From the UHGV virus genome UHGV-0149956: a stretch of 64,000 bases of DNA, one strand, 5' to 3'. The notes below the pieces were generated by a model. That model was not told the origin of the DNA, did no database searches, and was given only the letters and a program-made list of their open reading frames with translations. The DNA comes from a virus. The translations under genes and the position numbers were made by a program. Positions 31,194 through 41,009 of this stretch are shown piece by piece (positions within the stretch are counted from its first letter, which is position 1; each line of letters begins with the position of its first letter).

Positions 31194-31373
31194 ATGGCAC
31201 GCAAATACAACAAATTGTCCCGTGAAGCGTTAAAGATGCTTCTTGATGGCGTGAGTCGCCGCAAGGTAAAGCAATACCTGGTTGGTAAGCAAATTGGAGT
31301 CAGGACCGCTATTGCTGTGTTATGCCGTCAGGAAATGGTTGTGCTTAAACAGAGAATGCCGGGCAGCAGATAA
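31194..31373 (+). CDS. hypothetical small basic protein downstream of doc
   Basis: 59 aa from ATG 31194 with GCGGAG RBS. Confidence 0.35.
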   Translation: MARKYNKLSREALKMLLDGVSRRKVKQYLVGKQIGVRTAIAVLCRQEMVVLKQRMPGSR

Positions 31374-31400
31374 AGCCCAATCAGTGATGAAAGGTGTGAT

Positions 31401-32444
31401 GTGAAAGCCGTAATTACTCCCTTTGTACAAAAAGAGCTTGGCGTCGCCACATTCAAAGTGGATCAGGAAGTCAGAAAGCTGGTGGAGGCTGGCCGTAAAT
31501 TTATTATGGAGCCGGTGCCGCGTGAGTTAATCGAGCACATGGAAGACGGCCTCGTTGTTACCGAGCAAACCATGGCAACAAATGAGGCGTTGCAGCCGTT
31601 TTTTAACAGCGATGAACTGTTTCGCCGTATTGGTGGAATTGACTCGCTGGTGGCGTGGTTGCGCAGGAAAGAGGGGCAATGCCAGGCCGCAGATCGTAGC
31701 TGGTGTGACAACCATATTGTCCACGCAGAACGAGACAATAGCGCGGTGTTGTTGTGCTGGCATCACGATAACCATTACCGGATGCGTGGTTTTAATGAGC
31801 TGAAAGAAACGCTGCACAATAATCGCGTTAACTGGATACTGGATGTCGCCCGTCAGGAAATGGGCCTTTCAAATAGCCATGATTTAAGTATTCAGGAGCT
31901 GTGCTGGTGGGCTTTCATGCGCAACATGATGCACCTGATGCCGGAAGAAGTCTGCCGCATATCAATAAATAAGATGAAGGCTACTCCGCAGGATAGCGGA
32001 CCTCTGAAAGAGGCGGATATTCGCCCGTATGACGATCGCGCTACAGCATATGTTCAGATGATGGAAGAACGCGCCGCGCCGATGCGTGCAAAAGTATGCC
32101 CTGTGGATGTTGACTCCGACCCAGGTATGGCGCATTTCAAAATACCAAAACTTCAATCGCTAAAATTGCCCGAGTACATGGACTTTGTGGCTTCCCGTCC
32201 ATGCTGTGGCTGTGGAGCTGCGGGAGCTGGCGCTCACATTACGCCTTATATCGTTCGTCATAGTCGATTATGCGCGCATGACATTTATGCTATTCCTCTG
32301 TGCCAGTCATGCCAGCGTGATATTGAGCGTGACCGCGATAATTGGGAGAAGACGCACGGTAGGCTGGCGATGCATCAACGATTGTTCTTTGATTACGCGC
32401 TTGGAGTCGGCGCTATCACAAGTCACTCGTCGAGCGTTAGATAA
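31401..32444 (+). CDS. hypothetical Cys/His-rich protein
   Basis: 347 aa; multiple Cys/His clusters ([33 protein letters not shown]); position matches P1 pdcB as I recall it. Confidence 0.5.
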   Translation: MKAVITPFVQKELGVATFKVDQEVRKLVEAGRKFIMEPVPRELIEHMEDGLVVTEQTMATNEALQPFFNSDELFRRIGGIDSLVAWLRRKEGQCQAADRSWCDNHIVHAERDNSAVLLCWHHDNHYRMRGFNELKETLHNNRVNWILDVARQEMGLSNSHDLSIQELCWWAFMRNMMHLMPEEVCRISINKMKATPQDSGPLKEADIRPYDDRATAYVQMMEERAAPMRAKVCPVDVDSDPGMAHFKIPKLQSLKLPEYMDFVASRPCCGCGAAGAGAHITPYIVRHSRLCAHDIYAIPLCQSCQRDIERDRDNWEKTHGRLAMHQRLFFDYALGVGAITSHSSSVR

Positions 32445-32445
32445 A

Positions 32446-32462
32446 ATTGCTCTAATGTATTG
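32446..32462 (+). promoter_or_regulatory. C1 operator-like site upstream of late-activator gene
   Basis: ATTGCTCTAATGTATTG immediately after the preceding stop. Confidence 0.4.
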
Positions 32463-32532
32463 CTATTTCTTTAATCGAGGGTATTATATCCGACGTTGAT
32501 TAGTTGACATGGGCTAATCAGTAGGTGACAGG

Positions 32533-32985
32533 ATGTTACTTAACTGGCAGGGACGCCACTTCATGGAAATAAATCACTCACGAATAACATCGTACGAGAT
32601 TGCGGATTACATGATCCGCACTAAATCTCTTCTATCAGCGAAAGAACTCGCAGCAATTCTTGAAAAGGAATACCCGCATCTGGATGTCGATAAGCGCGAT
32701 GTTTATCTGCGCTTAAAGGCTATCGCTGTGTCTAAGTATTCGTCTGTTTTGATTGATGACAGTACACGCCCACGTAGATTTCAGATCCACTCTCTGAATC
32801 CTGAATTCTTTCGCCGCAGCCGCGCTCCGCGCCGGTTTGATGAAAAACTCCAGAACGAACTCTATATGACGCAGGACGAAAAGGAACGCCGGGAGCACCA
32901 GCCTTGGGTGATGGCGCGTCAACTTTTCAATAAGGTGGTCCGTCAGCACCGTCATTACGGTAATGCCACATCCGCACGTATCTGA
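32533..32985 (+). CDS. lpa: late promoter activator-like protein
   Basis: 150-aa ORF directly upstream of pacA with a C1 operator in front; assignment by synteny and size. Confidence 0.55.
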   Translation: MLLNWQGRHFMEINHSRITSYEIADYMIRTKSLLSAKELAAILEKEYPHLDVDKRDVYLRLKAIAVSKYSSVLIDDSTRPRRFQIHSLNPEFFRRSRAPRRFDEKLQNELYMTQDEKERREHQPWVMARQLFNKVVRQHRHYGNATSARI

Positions 32986-33071
32986 TTGATTGCTTGCCCG
33001 TTCCGGGCCTTTTGACATGTGACTTTCGTTACCCTCGCGTCAAAAAGAGTTTTATACGAAAGGAAGCATAA

Positions 33072-34265
33072 GTGACCTGGGACGATCACAAGAAGAATTT
33101 TGCTCGCCTGGCGCGAGATGGTGGTTACACCATCGCACAATATGCCGCCGAGTTTAATCTCAACCCAAACACCGCACGTCGTTATCTCCGTGCATTCAAA
33201 GAAGACACCGGAACAGCGGACAGCCGTAAGCCAAATAAGCCTGTCAGAAAACCACTAAAAAGCATGATCATTGATCACGCTAATGATCAACGTGCAGGTG
33301 ATCATATTGTGGCTGAAATGGCTGAAAAACAAAGAGTTAATGCTGTTGTCAGTGCCGCAGTCGAGAACGCGAAGCGCCAGAATAAGCGCATAAATGATCG
33401 TTCTGATGATCATGACGTGATCACCCGCGCCCACCGGACCTTACGTGATCGCCTGGAACGCGACACCCTGGATGATGATGGTGAACGCTTTGAATTCGAA
33501 GCTGGCGATTACCTGATAGATAACGTTGAAGCGCGGAAGGCCGCGCGCGCTATGTTGCGTCGGTCCGGGGCCGATGTTCTGGAAACCACTCTTCTGGAAA
33601 AGTCTCTTTCTCATCTCCTTATGCTGGAGAACGCCAGGGATACGTGTATTCGTCTGGTGCAGGAAATGCGCGATCAGCAAAAAGACGATGATGAAGGGAC
33701 TCCGCCTGAATATCGTATCGCGAGCATGCTAAACAGCTGTTCCGCGCAGATAAGCAGCCTGATCAACACCATTTACAGCATCCGGAATAACTATCGAAAA
33801 GAAAGCCGGGAGGCGGAAAAGCACGCTTTATCTATGGGGCAAGCTGGCATTGTTAAGCTGGCATACGAACGAAAGCGTGAAAATAACTGGTCAGTGCTGG
33901 AAGCAGCTGAATTCATCGAGGCGCATGGCGGAAAAGTGCCGCCCCTGATGCTGGAGCAAATCAAAGCCGATCTGCGTGCTCCTAAGACCAATACCGATGA
34001 TGAGGAAAGGCAAACAGCCGTCGGTGGCCCTTCTCTTGAAGATCTGGACAAAGTTGCGCGAGAACGGGCCGCCAACCGCCGCGCCGATGCCGCATTGTGG
34101 ATTGAGCAGCGTAGGGAAGAAATCGCCGATATCGTTGATACAGGCGGTTATGGAGATGTTGATACTGAAGGTGTATCAAACGACCCATGGCTGGAACAAG
34201 ACCTGGACGAAGACGAGGAGGAAGATGAAGAAGTTACCCGCAAGCTATACGGGGATGATGATTAA
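33072..34265 (+). CDS. pacA: terminase small subunit PacA (contains pac site)
   Basis: 397 aa; contains the 4+3 TGATC(A/G) hexamer array characteristic of P1 pac; acidic C-terminus. Confidence 0.85.
   Translation: MTWDDHKKNFARLARDGGYTIAQYAAEFNLNPNTARRYLRAFKEDTGTADSRKPNKPVRKPLKSMIIDHANDQRAGDHIVAEMAEKQRVNAVVSAAVENAKRQNKRINDRSDDHDVITRAHRTLRDRLERDTLDDDGERFEFEAGDYLIDNVEARKAARAMLRRSGADVLETTLLEKSLSHLLMLENARDTCIRLVQEMRDQQKDDDEGTPPEYRIASMLNSCSAQISSLINTIYSIRNNYRKESREAEKHALSMGQAGIVKLAYERKRENNWSVLEAAEFIEAHGGKVPPLMLEQIKADLRAPKTNTDDEERQTAVGGPSLEDLDKVARERAANRRADAALWIEQRREEIADIVDTGGYGDVDTEGVSNDPWLEQDLDEDEEEDEEVTRKLYGDDD
33265..33423 (+). other. pac packaging site (seven TGATC(A/G) hexamers, 4 + 3)
   Basis: TGATCA at 33265, 33272, 33284, 33299; TGATCG at 33395; TGATCA at 33407, 33418; each carries a Dam GATC. 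Confidence 0.8.
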
Positions 34266-35749
34266 TGGCCAGAAGTTGCGTAACGGATCCACGTTGGCGC
34301 GAGCTGGTGGCGCTATATCGTTATGACTGGATTGCTGCCGCTGATGTTTTGTTCGGCAAAACACCTACCTGGCAGCAGGATCTGATTATTGAGTCTGTGC
34401 AGGAACAGGGTAGCAAGACATCTGTTTCGTCTGGTCACGGTACCGGGAAATCAGACATGACTTCTATCATGATCATGTTGTTCATAATCATGTATCCCGG
34501 TGCCCGCGCCATTATCGTTGCGAACAAAATTCAGCAGGTAATGACCGGTATATTCAAGTACATCAAGATAAACTGGGCTACTGCCACCAGCCGTTTTCCA
34601 TGGCTTGCTGATTATTTTGTTCTGACAGAAACCGCTTTCTATGAGGTTACTGGTAAAGGTGTATGGACTGTAGTACCGAAGGGCTTTCGTCTGGGAAGTG
34701 AAGAAGCTCTCGCCGGTGAACACGCAGATCATCTTCTGTATATTATCGATGAAGCCTCCGGTGTCAGTGATAGAGCTTTCGGTATCATCACCGGTGCTCT
34801 TACCGGACAGGATAACCGCATCTTATTACTGTCACAGCCTACACGCCCAAGCGGCTATTTCTACGATACTCACCATAAACTGGCCAAGCGTCCTGGTAAC
34901 CCTGATGGCGTTTATACGGCGATCACGCTTAACAGTGAGGAATCACCGCTGGTAACTCCAGCATTTATCAAAATGAAGCTGGCGGAGTACGGCGGGCGTG
35001 ATAACCCTATGTACATGATTAAGGTACGCGGACTATTCCCTAAATCACAGGATGGCTTCCTTCTTGGACGTGATGAGGTTGAACGTGCGACGCGGCGGAA
35101 AGTCAAGATTGCCAAAGGATGGGGCTGGCTTGCATGTGTGGACGTTGCTGGTGGTACGGGACGGGATAAGTCCGTTATCAATATCATGATGGTGTCCGGC
35201 CAGAGAAATAAACGCCGTGTAATCAACTATCGAATGCTGGAATACACAGACGTTACAGAAACGCAGCTTGCCGCCAAAATTTTCGCAGAATGTAATCCTG
35301 AGCGATTCCCAAATATCACCATAGCGATAGACGGCGATGGCCTGGGTAAAGCAACGGCGGATCTGATGTACGAGTATTATGGTATTACCGTACAGCGTAT
35401 ACGCTGGGGTAAAAAGATGCATAGCCGTGAAGATAAGAGCCTGTACTTTGATAAGCGTGCTTATGCCAACGTTCAAGCCGCAGAGGCCGTAAAATCAGGT
35501 CGTATGAGACTGGATAAGGGTAATGAAACTATTGAGGAAGCGTCGAAAATCCCTGTAGGGATTAACTCCGCAGGTCAATGGAAGGTGATGAGTAAGGAGG
35601 ATATGAAGAAAAAACTCAACCTGCACTCACCAGACCATTGGGATACATATTGTTTCGCTATGCTGGCGGATTATGTTCCCCAGGATGAAGTGCTTAGCGT
35701 CGAAGACGAAGCGCAGGTTGATGAAGCTCTGGCATGGCTTAATGAATAA
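34265..35749 (+). CDS. pacB: terminase large subunit PacB
   Basis: 494 aa; Walker A-like [10 protein letters not shown]; TAATG overlap with pacA. Confidence 0.8.
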   Translation: MARSCVTDPRWRELVALYRYDWIAAADVLFGKTPTWQQDLIIESVQEQGSKTSVSSGHGTGKSDMTSIMIMLFIIMYPGARAIIVANKIQQVMTGIFKYIKINWATATSRFPWLADYFVLTETAFYEVTGKGVWTVVPKGFRLGSEEALAGEHADHLLYIIDEASGVSDRAFGIITGALTGQDNRILLLSQPTRPSGYFYDTHHKLAKRPGNPDGVYTAITLNSEESPLVTPAFIKMKLAEYGGRDNPMYMIKVRGLFPKSQDGFLLGRDEVERATRRKVKIAKGWGWLACVDVAGGTGRDKSVINIMMVSGQRNKRRVINYRMLEYTDVTETQLAAKIFAECNPERFPNITIAIDGDGLGKATADLMYEYYGITVQRIRWGKKMHSREDKSLYFDKRAYANVQAAEAVKSGRMRLDKGNETIEEASKIPVGINSAGQWKVMSKEDMKKKLNLHSPDHWDTYCFAMLADYVPQDEVLSVEDEAQVDEALAWLNE

Positions 35750-35773
35750 CTCATTGACCATGCCGGATAGAAA

Positions 35774-36625
35774 CTATTGCGCGCTTTCGGGGTTGTCGTT
35801 TACTGGCTGCCCCTTCTTAGTTTTACGGCTGCGCGTAACTGATGCGGCTGATTTGACCTTTTTCTCTTCGCGAGTGATGGCAATTTGTTTTTTTACATTT
35901 TCAATATCTGCCAGGCGATATATTTTTGCCTGCGGCCAGCGGTCGCAGATGATCGGTTCTATAGAGTCATAAAGGCTAAATTTTGCTTTCTCGAATTCAC
36001 CGTTGATGATGATTCCATCACGGAGAGTTTCATCGCAGATAAACACACCACACAGCGGCACATGGTAACTAACTGATTTACCATCATTGTAGTTAGGGCT
36101 ACTGGAAATGTAATGGACGCGCAGCATTGTTTCGCTAAAGCCGTGTACACGCATACGGAATTTTTCATCCTCCGGGTACTGCTTCATTAGCTCTTTTGTT
36201 GCTTCCAGGTTCTCTATGTATTTCGCACTGTGCTCATTGATCCCCGCGCTTTTCTGGATGCGAATGTCCTTATCAATCAGATGAATAATGCGGCCAGCGG
36301 TCATGTTGACGCTGTTCACAGCTTCTGTCTGATAAGTTGTAACCTTACGCACACCGCGAAGGATGTTAGGCACTGGATATAAAATAGTCTTTGGGATATT
36401 GAGGTCTGGGTACTGTTCCAGTTCCCGCGCCATTAAAGTCCATTTATCAATTTCAGCCTGAATGCTGTCCGTTTCTTTGAACGGCAGAACGACAACCGGG
36501 CGAACAGGACGACCGTCGCTGGCGGCATCAACGTGTTGGGCGCGTGCAACAGCTTTTTTTAGAAAGAGATCCCTGAAGCTGACGAACTCCTGGTACAGTT
36601 GTTCGCCGTAGACATAATTTATCAT
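35774..36625 (-). CDS. c1: C1 master repressor
   Basis: 283-aa ORF recalled as P1 C1; followed upstream by coi and operator sites. Confidence 0.85.
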   Translation of the reverse strand: MINYVYGEQLYQEFVSFRDLFLKKAVARAQHVDAASDGRPVRPVVVLPFKETDSIQAEIDKWTLMARELEQYPDLNIPKTILYPVPNILRGVRKVTTYQTEAVNSVNMTAGRIIHLIDKDIRIQKSAGINEHSAKYIENLEATKELMKQYPEDEKFRMRVHGFSETMLRVHYISSSPNYNDGKSVSYHVPLCGVFICDETLRDGIIINGEFEKAKFSLYDSIEPIICDRWPQAKIYRLADIENVKKQIAITREEKKVKSAASVTRSRKTKKGQPVNDNPESAQ

Positions 36626-36719
36626 TGATCCTCCTCCAGAATTGACATGGCCAACAACTCACAGCGGATTACACTGGGAGTTGTTGGCCACCATTATAGA
36701 AGGATCCAACGAAAATAAT

Positions 36720-36736
36720 AGATTTATTAGTGCATT
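36720..36736 (-). promoter_or_regulatory. C1 operator-like site between coi and c1
   Basis: Reverse complement AATGCACTAATAAATCT, 14/17 to consensus. Confidence 0.4.
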
Positions 36737-36945
36737 TATTGTGAGTCTGGCTGGTTAGTGGCCATGAGATATTCGATTGTGTCAGTGAGATCATCCAGGT
36801 CGTCTTGGGTGATGCGGTACTCCTGATTGGATATCTTTGAGTAGTGTTCAGCAATGGCGCGGGCAGCGTCGGTTTCGGCGGGGTCTACAGATAAAGCGTT
36901 AGAGCAATGTCTAACGTCGTCGATGGTTGGTGGAATGAAAGCCAT
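36736..36945 (-). CDS. coi: C1 inactivator Coi
   Basis: 69-aa ORF directly upstream of c1 on the same strand. Confidence 0.75.
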   Translation of the reverse strand: MAFIPPTIDDVRHCSNALSVDPAETDAARAIAEHYSKISNQEYRITQDDLDDLTDTIEYLMATNQPDSQ

Positions 36946-37183
36946 AATTATGCCTCACTGTATTGACAACACAGAGCCTGAAGCTCTGACCTACTGTTTC
37001 ACCCATGATCCATGCTGGGGTAATCTAACAACATTGCGCTGTGTGTAAGATGAGCAATGCATAGCTGTAATGCCGTTGTATAAGGTTTCCCTGTTTGCTC
37101 ATTTCCTTCTGAGCCGCTCTACAACGCTGAAGACACATTAAATAGTGAATCCAAAGTCGTATTACGAAACGGCGGCAAAACTA

Positions 37184-37200
37184 TAATTTATTAGAGCAAT
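37184..37200 (-). promoter_or_regulatory. C1 operator
   Basis: Reverse complement ATTGCTCTAATAAATTA, 16/17. Confidence 0.55.
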
Positions 37201-37266
37201 TGTCAAACAACTATGAAAAACAATCCAGTTTTTGGCTGGTGGAGTGGGATTTTTCTCTCAAAATTT

Positions 37267-37283
37267 ATTGCTCTAATAATTCT
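37267..37283 (+). promoter_or_regulatory. C1 operator
   Basis: ATTGCTCTAATAATTCT. Confidence 0.5.
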
Positions 37284-37326
37284 TGATTTTTATGCGCAGC
37301 TGGACGTAAACTCCTCTTCAGACCTA

Positions 37327-37360
37327 ATAACTTCGTATAGCATACATTATACGAAGTTAT
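37327..37360 (+). other. loxP site-specific recombination site
   Basis: ATAACTTCGTATA-GCATACAT-TATACGAAGTTAT, exact 34-bp loxP. Confidence 0.97.
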
Positions 37361-37432
37361 ATTAAGGGTTATTGAACATGATCAATTTACCTGTAAATCC
37401 ATACAGTTCAATACCTTATCAGGTCAAATAGT

Positions 37433-37452
37433 GATCACTTGATCATTTGATC
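37433..37452. promoter_or_regulatory. cluster of three Dam GATC sites in the cre promoter region
   Basis: GTGATCACTTGATCATTTGATCAAG, three GATC within 20 bp between loxP and cre. Confidence 0.6.
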
Positions 37453-37549
37453 AAGTTTGCGCTACGTAAAATCTGTGAAAAGTTGGCAGTGTTAGTGCTC
37501 CAGATTTCGCGTAGCGCACTTAGCACCACCAATCAATCAGAGGTGAAAA

Positions 37550-37771
37550 ATGGGATATTCAGCTGCTAAAGTGTCCACTCATCTTGAGCTTGAGAAAAAC
37601 CGTGGTTACTGGCGGGCAAAAGGGTTTGATCGTGATAGTTGTCAACTGTCATTATCGCGCGGTGAAGAGAAAATAGAACGCACGCGCGGTCGCTGGCGTT
37701 TCTATGACGAGAACCATAAACAGGTAAAGGCAGAGCCGATCCTGTACACTTTACTTAAAACCATTATCTGA
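37550..37771 (+). CDS. candidate small ORF between loxP and cre
   Basis: 73 aa with GAGGTG RBS 6 nt upstream of the ATG; no motif. Confidence 0.3.
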   Translation: MGYSAAKVSTHLELEKNRGYWRAKGFDRDSCQLSLSRGEEKIERTRGRWRFYDENHKQVKAEPILYTLLKTII

Positions 37772-37778
37772 GTGTTAA

Positions 37779-38810
37779 ATGTCCAATTTACTGACCGTAC
37801 ACCAAAATTTGCCTGCATTACCGGTCGATGCAACGAGTGATGAGGTTCGCAAGAACCTGATGGACATGTTCAGGGATCGCCAGGCGTTTTCTGAGCATAC
37901 CTGGAAAATGCTTCTGTCCGTTTGCCGGTCGTGGGCGGCATGGTGCAAGTTGAATAACCGGAAGTGGTTTCCCGCAGAACCTGAAGATGTTCGCGATTAT
38001 CTTCTATATCTTCAGGCGCGTGGTCTGGCAGTGAAAACTATCCAGCAACATTTGGGCCAGCTAAATATGCTTCATCGTCGGTCCGGTCTGCCACGACCAA
38101 GTGACAGCAATGCTGTTTCACTGGTCATGCGACGGATCCGAAAAGAAAACGTTGATGCCGGTGAACGTGCAAAACAGGCACTGGCGTTCGAACGCACTGA
38201 TTTCGACCAGGTTCGTTCACTCATGGAAAATAGCGATCGCTGCCAGGATATACGTAATCTGGCATTTCTGGGGATTGCTTATAACACCCTGTTACGTATA
38301 GCCGAAATTTCCAGGATCAGGGTTAAAGATATCTCACGTACTGACGGTGGGAGAATGTTAATCCATATTGGCAGAACGAAAACGCTGGTTAGCACCGCTG
38401 GTGTAGAGAAGGCACTTAGCCTGGGGGTAACTAAACTGGTTGAGCGATGGATTTCTGTCTCTGGTGTAGCTGATGATCCGAATAACTACCTGTTTTGCCG
38501 CGTCAGAAAAAATGGTGTTGCCGCGCCATCATCCACCAGCCAGCTATCAACTCGCGCCCTGGAAGGGATTTTTGAAGCAACTCACCGATTGATTTACGGG
38601 GCAAAAGATGACTCTGGTCAGCGATACCTGGCCTGGTCTGGACATAGTGCCCGTGTCGGTGCCGCGCGAGATATGGCCCGCGCCGGAGTTTCTATACCGG
38701 AGATCATGCAAGCTGGCGGCTGGACCAACGTAAATATTGTCATGAACTACATTCGTAACCTGGATAGTGAAACGGGGGCAATGGTGCGCCTGCTGGAAGA
38801 TGGCGATTAG
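37779..38810 (+). CDS. cre: Cre tyrosine recombinase
   Basis: 343 aa MSNLLTVHQNLPALPVDATSDEVRKNLMDMFRDRQAFSEHTWKMLLSVCRSW..., recalled as Cre; adjacent to loxP. Confidence 0.97.
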   Translation: MSNLLTVHQNLPALPVDATSDEVRKNLMDMFRDRQAFSEHTWKMLLSVCRSWAAWCKLNNRKWFPAEPEDVRDYLLYLQARGLAVKTIQQHLGQLNMLHRRSGLPRPSDSNAVSLVMRRIRKENVDAGERAKQALAFERTDFDQVRSLMENSDRCQDIRNLAFLGIAYNTLLRIAEISRIRVKDISRTDGGRMLIHIGRTKTLVSTAGVEKALSLGVTKLVERWISVSGVADDPNNYLFCRVRKNGVAAPSSTSQLSTRALEGIFEATHRLIYGAKDDSGQRYLAWSGHSARVGAARDMARAGVSIPEIMQAGGWTNVNIVMNYIRNLDSETGAMVRLLEDGD

Positions 38811-38827
38811 CCGTTCATTTGCGCTTG

Positions 38828-38844
38828 ATTGCTCTAATTATTTG
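38828..38844 (+). promoter_or_regulatory. C1 operator-like site
   Basis: ATTGCTCTAATTATTTG between cre and the next gene. Confidence 0.45.
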
Positions 38845-38860
38845 ATATTTATGGTGACAC

Positions 38861-39172
38861 ATGCGGAAGGATTTCAAAATAGACGGAAAATATGTGGTGC
38901 TGTCTGTAAGCTCTCAAATTCAGTCACCATCTGTCATTGTCACCGTAAAGTTGAGCGATAGGATGCCTGATATCGACTCGATATCTGTTGCGTTCCCCGT
39001 TAAAAGCATGCGGAGTGCTGAACATTTTGTGATGAATGCAACGGAGGAGGAAGCGCGGCGCGGGCTTACTAGAGTGATGGGGGAATTTGGCGAACTCCTG
39101 GGTAAGGTAAACAATGCCCTTTCAATCAGTTCAGCAAGATCCAAAGCGTTAACAGCTTCCATGATGAAATAA
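38861..39172 (+). CDS. cra: hypothetical protein downstream of cre
   Basis: 103-aa ORF; named by synteny only. Confidence 0.45.
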   Translation: MRKDFKIDGKYVVLSVSSQIQSPSVIVTVKLSDRMPDIDSISVAFPVKSMRSAEHFVMNATEEEARRGLTRVMGEFGELLGKVNNALSISSARSKALTASMMK

Positions 39173-39303
39173 AAAAAGCCTGGCAAGGAGCCAGGCTGCA
39201 CAAAAGAGCGGGTTTGTATTCCGCATCCAATCAATCAAGAAGGAGTATAGCACACAGGTACTGAAGTGAAAAAATGTGATTCGCGATTAACAAAATACCT
39301 ACC

Positions 39304-39333
39304 ATTGCTCTAATTGATTGCTATAATTAAGCC
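39304..39333 (+). promoter_or_regulatory. two overlapping C1 operators with embedded -10 (ref promoter)
   Basis: ATTGCTCTAATTGATTG and ATTGCTATAATTAAGCC; TATAAT at 39323. Confidence 0.55.
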
Positions 39334-39387
39334 GCAGTTTTTGTCAACTACGAAGACGTTGCCATTACTTAACTCCTTGACATCATT

Positions 39388-39414
39388 GGCGGCCATTAGG
39401 CCGCCTTTTTTTTT
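39388..39414 (+). terminator. terminator-like hairpin in the ref leader
   Basis: GGCGGCC-ATTA-GGCCGCC followed by nine T, ending 5 nt before the ref ATG. Confidence 0.5.
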
Positions 39415-39419
39415 GCCAT

Positions 39420-39980
39420 ATGAAAACAATCGAACAAAAACTTGAACAGCGCCGCGAGTGGCAGAAGGCAGCCAGAGAACGAGCGATCGCTCGGCAACGG
39501 GAAAAGTTGGCTGACCCCGCCTGGCGAGAATCGCAATATCAGAAAATGCGGGATTCTATCGACCGCCGTATCGCTAAACAGAAAGAGCGCCCACCAGCCA
39601 GCAAAACGCGGAAAAGTGCGGTAAAGATAAAATCTCGTGGCTTGAAGGGGCGAACATCGACAGCGGAGGAACGGAGCATCGCCAATGCTCTTGGCGCTCT
39701 CCCCTGCATTGCCTGCTACATGCATGGAGTAATATCTGAAGAGGTATCTCTGCACCATATCTCCGGTCGTACCGCGCCGGGTTGTCACAAAAAGCAATTG
39801 CCCCTTTGTAGATGGCACCACCAGCATGCAGCACCGGCTGAAGTAAGAGAAAAATACCCCTGGCTGGTCCCTGTTCATGCCGATGGTGTGGTTGGAGGCA
39901 AGAAAGAATTCACCTTGCTGAACAAGTCAGAGATGGAGTTGCTGGCTGACGCCTATGAGATGGCAAACATCATGCACTAA
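39420..39980 (+). CDS. ref: Ref recombination enhancement protein (HNH nuclease)
   Basis: 186 aa; basic N-terminus; HNH-like core CIACYMHG...SLHHISGR...CRWHH. Confidence 0.85.
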   Translation: MKTIEQKLEQRREWQKAARERAIARQREKLADPAWRESQYQKMRDSIDRRIAKQKERPPASKTRKSAVKIKSRGLKGRTSTAEERSIANALGALPCIACYMHGVISEEVSLHHISGRTAPGCHKKQLPLCRWHHQHAAPAEVREKYPWLVPVHADGVVGGKKEFTLLNKSEMELLADAYEMANIMH

Positions 39981-40168
39981 TAAATATATTATTTTTAATC
40001 TTAAATGATTGACAACTGACAAGTGACTTGAGTCAGAATCATCACACGCCCGGTACGGATGGATCCCTTTTCAAATATTCCATGGACGGCACAGTCTGAG
40101 TACCGGGCGCTACCTTCAGTTGTATTGCTAAGCCGCCGCTGGTGGCTTTTCTTTTTTGTAGGGGCGCT

Positions 40169-40810
40169 ATGGATAAGAAAATATGCGTTGTTTCGATGAG
40201 CGTCGGCAAACCGGCGTCAATGACTGCTGCATGGATCAACAACGAGCTGATAATGGCTGAGCGGACCAGCTACCCTGAACGCCGCCGCGACATGGAACTC
40301 CAGCTGCTGCGCGAATTGCGAGAAAAAGAGGAAAAGGGTTTTATCGTGCTGGTGGAAGAGGAAAACAGCTTTATTACTGGTCGAGTTGGCCAGCGTGTAA
40401 GGTTGCGCGATCCCTTCATGAACGGCAGGCCGGTACTGATTGAAGCAATGCAGATTTACAAGGAGCTGGAACGCCAGAAAGCGATCAAGTTACCGCGCAA
40501 GGAATCCGGCAAATACATCCTCCACCAAAGCATCTTCGATTCCGAACACGATAAAAAAGGCGATGAATTTTTCAACATCAACTGGAGCGAAATAACGACA
40601 GAGCATGTTCTGACGTTACTATGTTGCTTTGCGACGGAATACAACAACGTTGCCAGCGCCGACTACATCAGGGCAATGGCTGGAGAAGTTGAAGCCCGCC
40701 AGGAACCATCGTTACTAAGTCCACTTATTAACATAATTCTGGGTACCCAGACACTGGAACAAAAAAAAGTGCCGAAAGGGGTATTAACAGGCAAGCATAA
40801 TTATTTCTAA
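40169..40810 (+). CDS. mat: hypothetical protein downstream of ref
   Basis: Start set at ATG 40169 because a GC stem plus T-run lies inside the longer track ORF (40142); named by synteny. Confidence 0.45.
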   Translation: MDKKICVVSMSVGKPASMTAAWINNELIMAERTSYPERRRDMELQLLRELREKEEKGFIVLVEEENSFITGRVGQRVRLRDPFMNGRPVLIEAMQIYKELERQKAIKLPRKESGKYILHQSIFDSEHDKKGDEFFNINWSEITTEHVLTLLCCFATEYNNVASADYIRAMAGEVEARQEPSLLSPLINIILGTQTLEQKKVPKGVLTGKHNYF

Positions 40811-40977
40811 TAATTTATAGTGGGGACTTTTGATGGTGTAAAACCCCATGAATTATTATTTTTTAGTTTTTTGATTCTATTTTTTTTTGCATTACTCGTC
40901 ATAAAAATGAGCTTGCTTACATAATAGAAAATTATTTTATCAACACTATTACAACAAACGATTATCACTGATAACAT

Positions 40978-41001
40978 GAGTCCTTTGAAAACAAAGGACT
41001 C
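40978..41001 (+). promoter_or_regulatory. hairpin sequestering the ribosome-binding site of the GNAT gene
   Basis: GAGTCCTTTG-AAAAC-AAAGGACTC perfect 10-bp stem whose 3' arm contains AAGGA, ending 8 nt before ATG 41010. Confidence 0.45.
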
Positions 41002-41009
41002 ACCATACT

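Noticed and set aside
36957-36973. LexA-box-like CTGTATTGACAACACAG upstream of coi
   Set aside because: The spacing is CTGT-N9-ACAG rather than the canonical N8, so it is not called as an SOS box.
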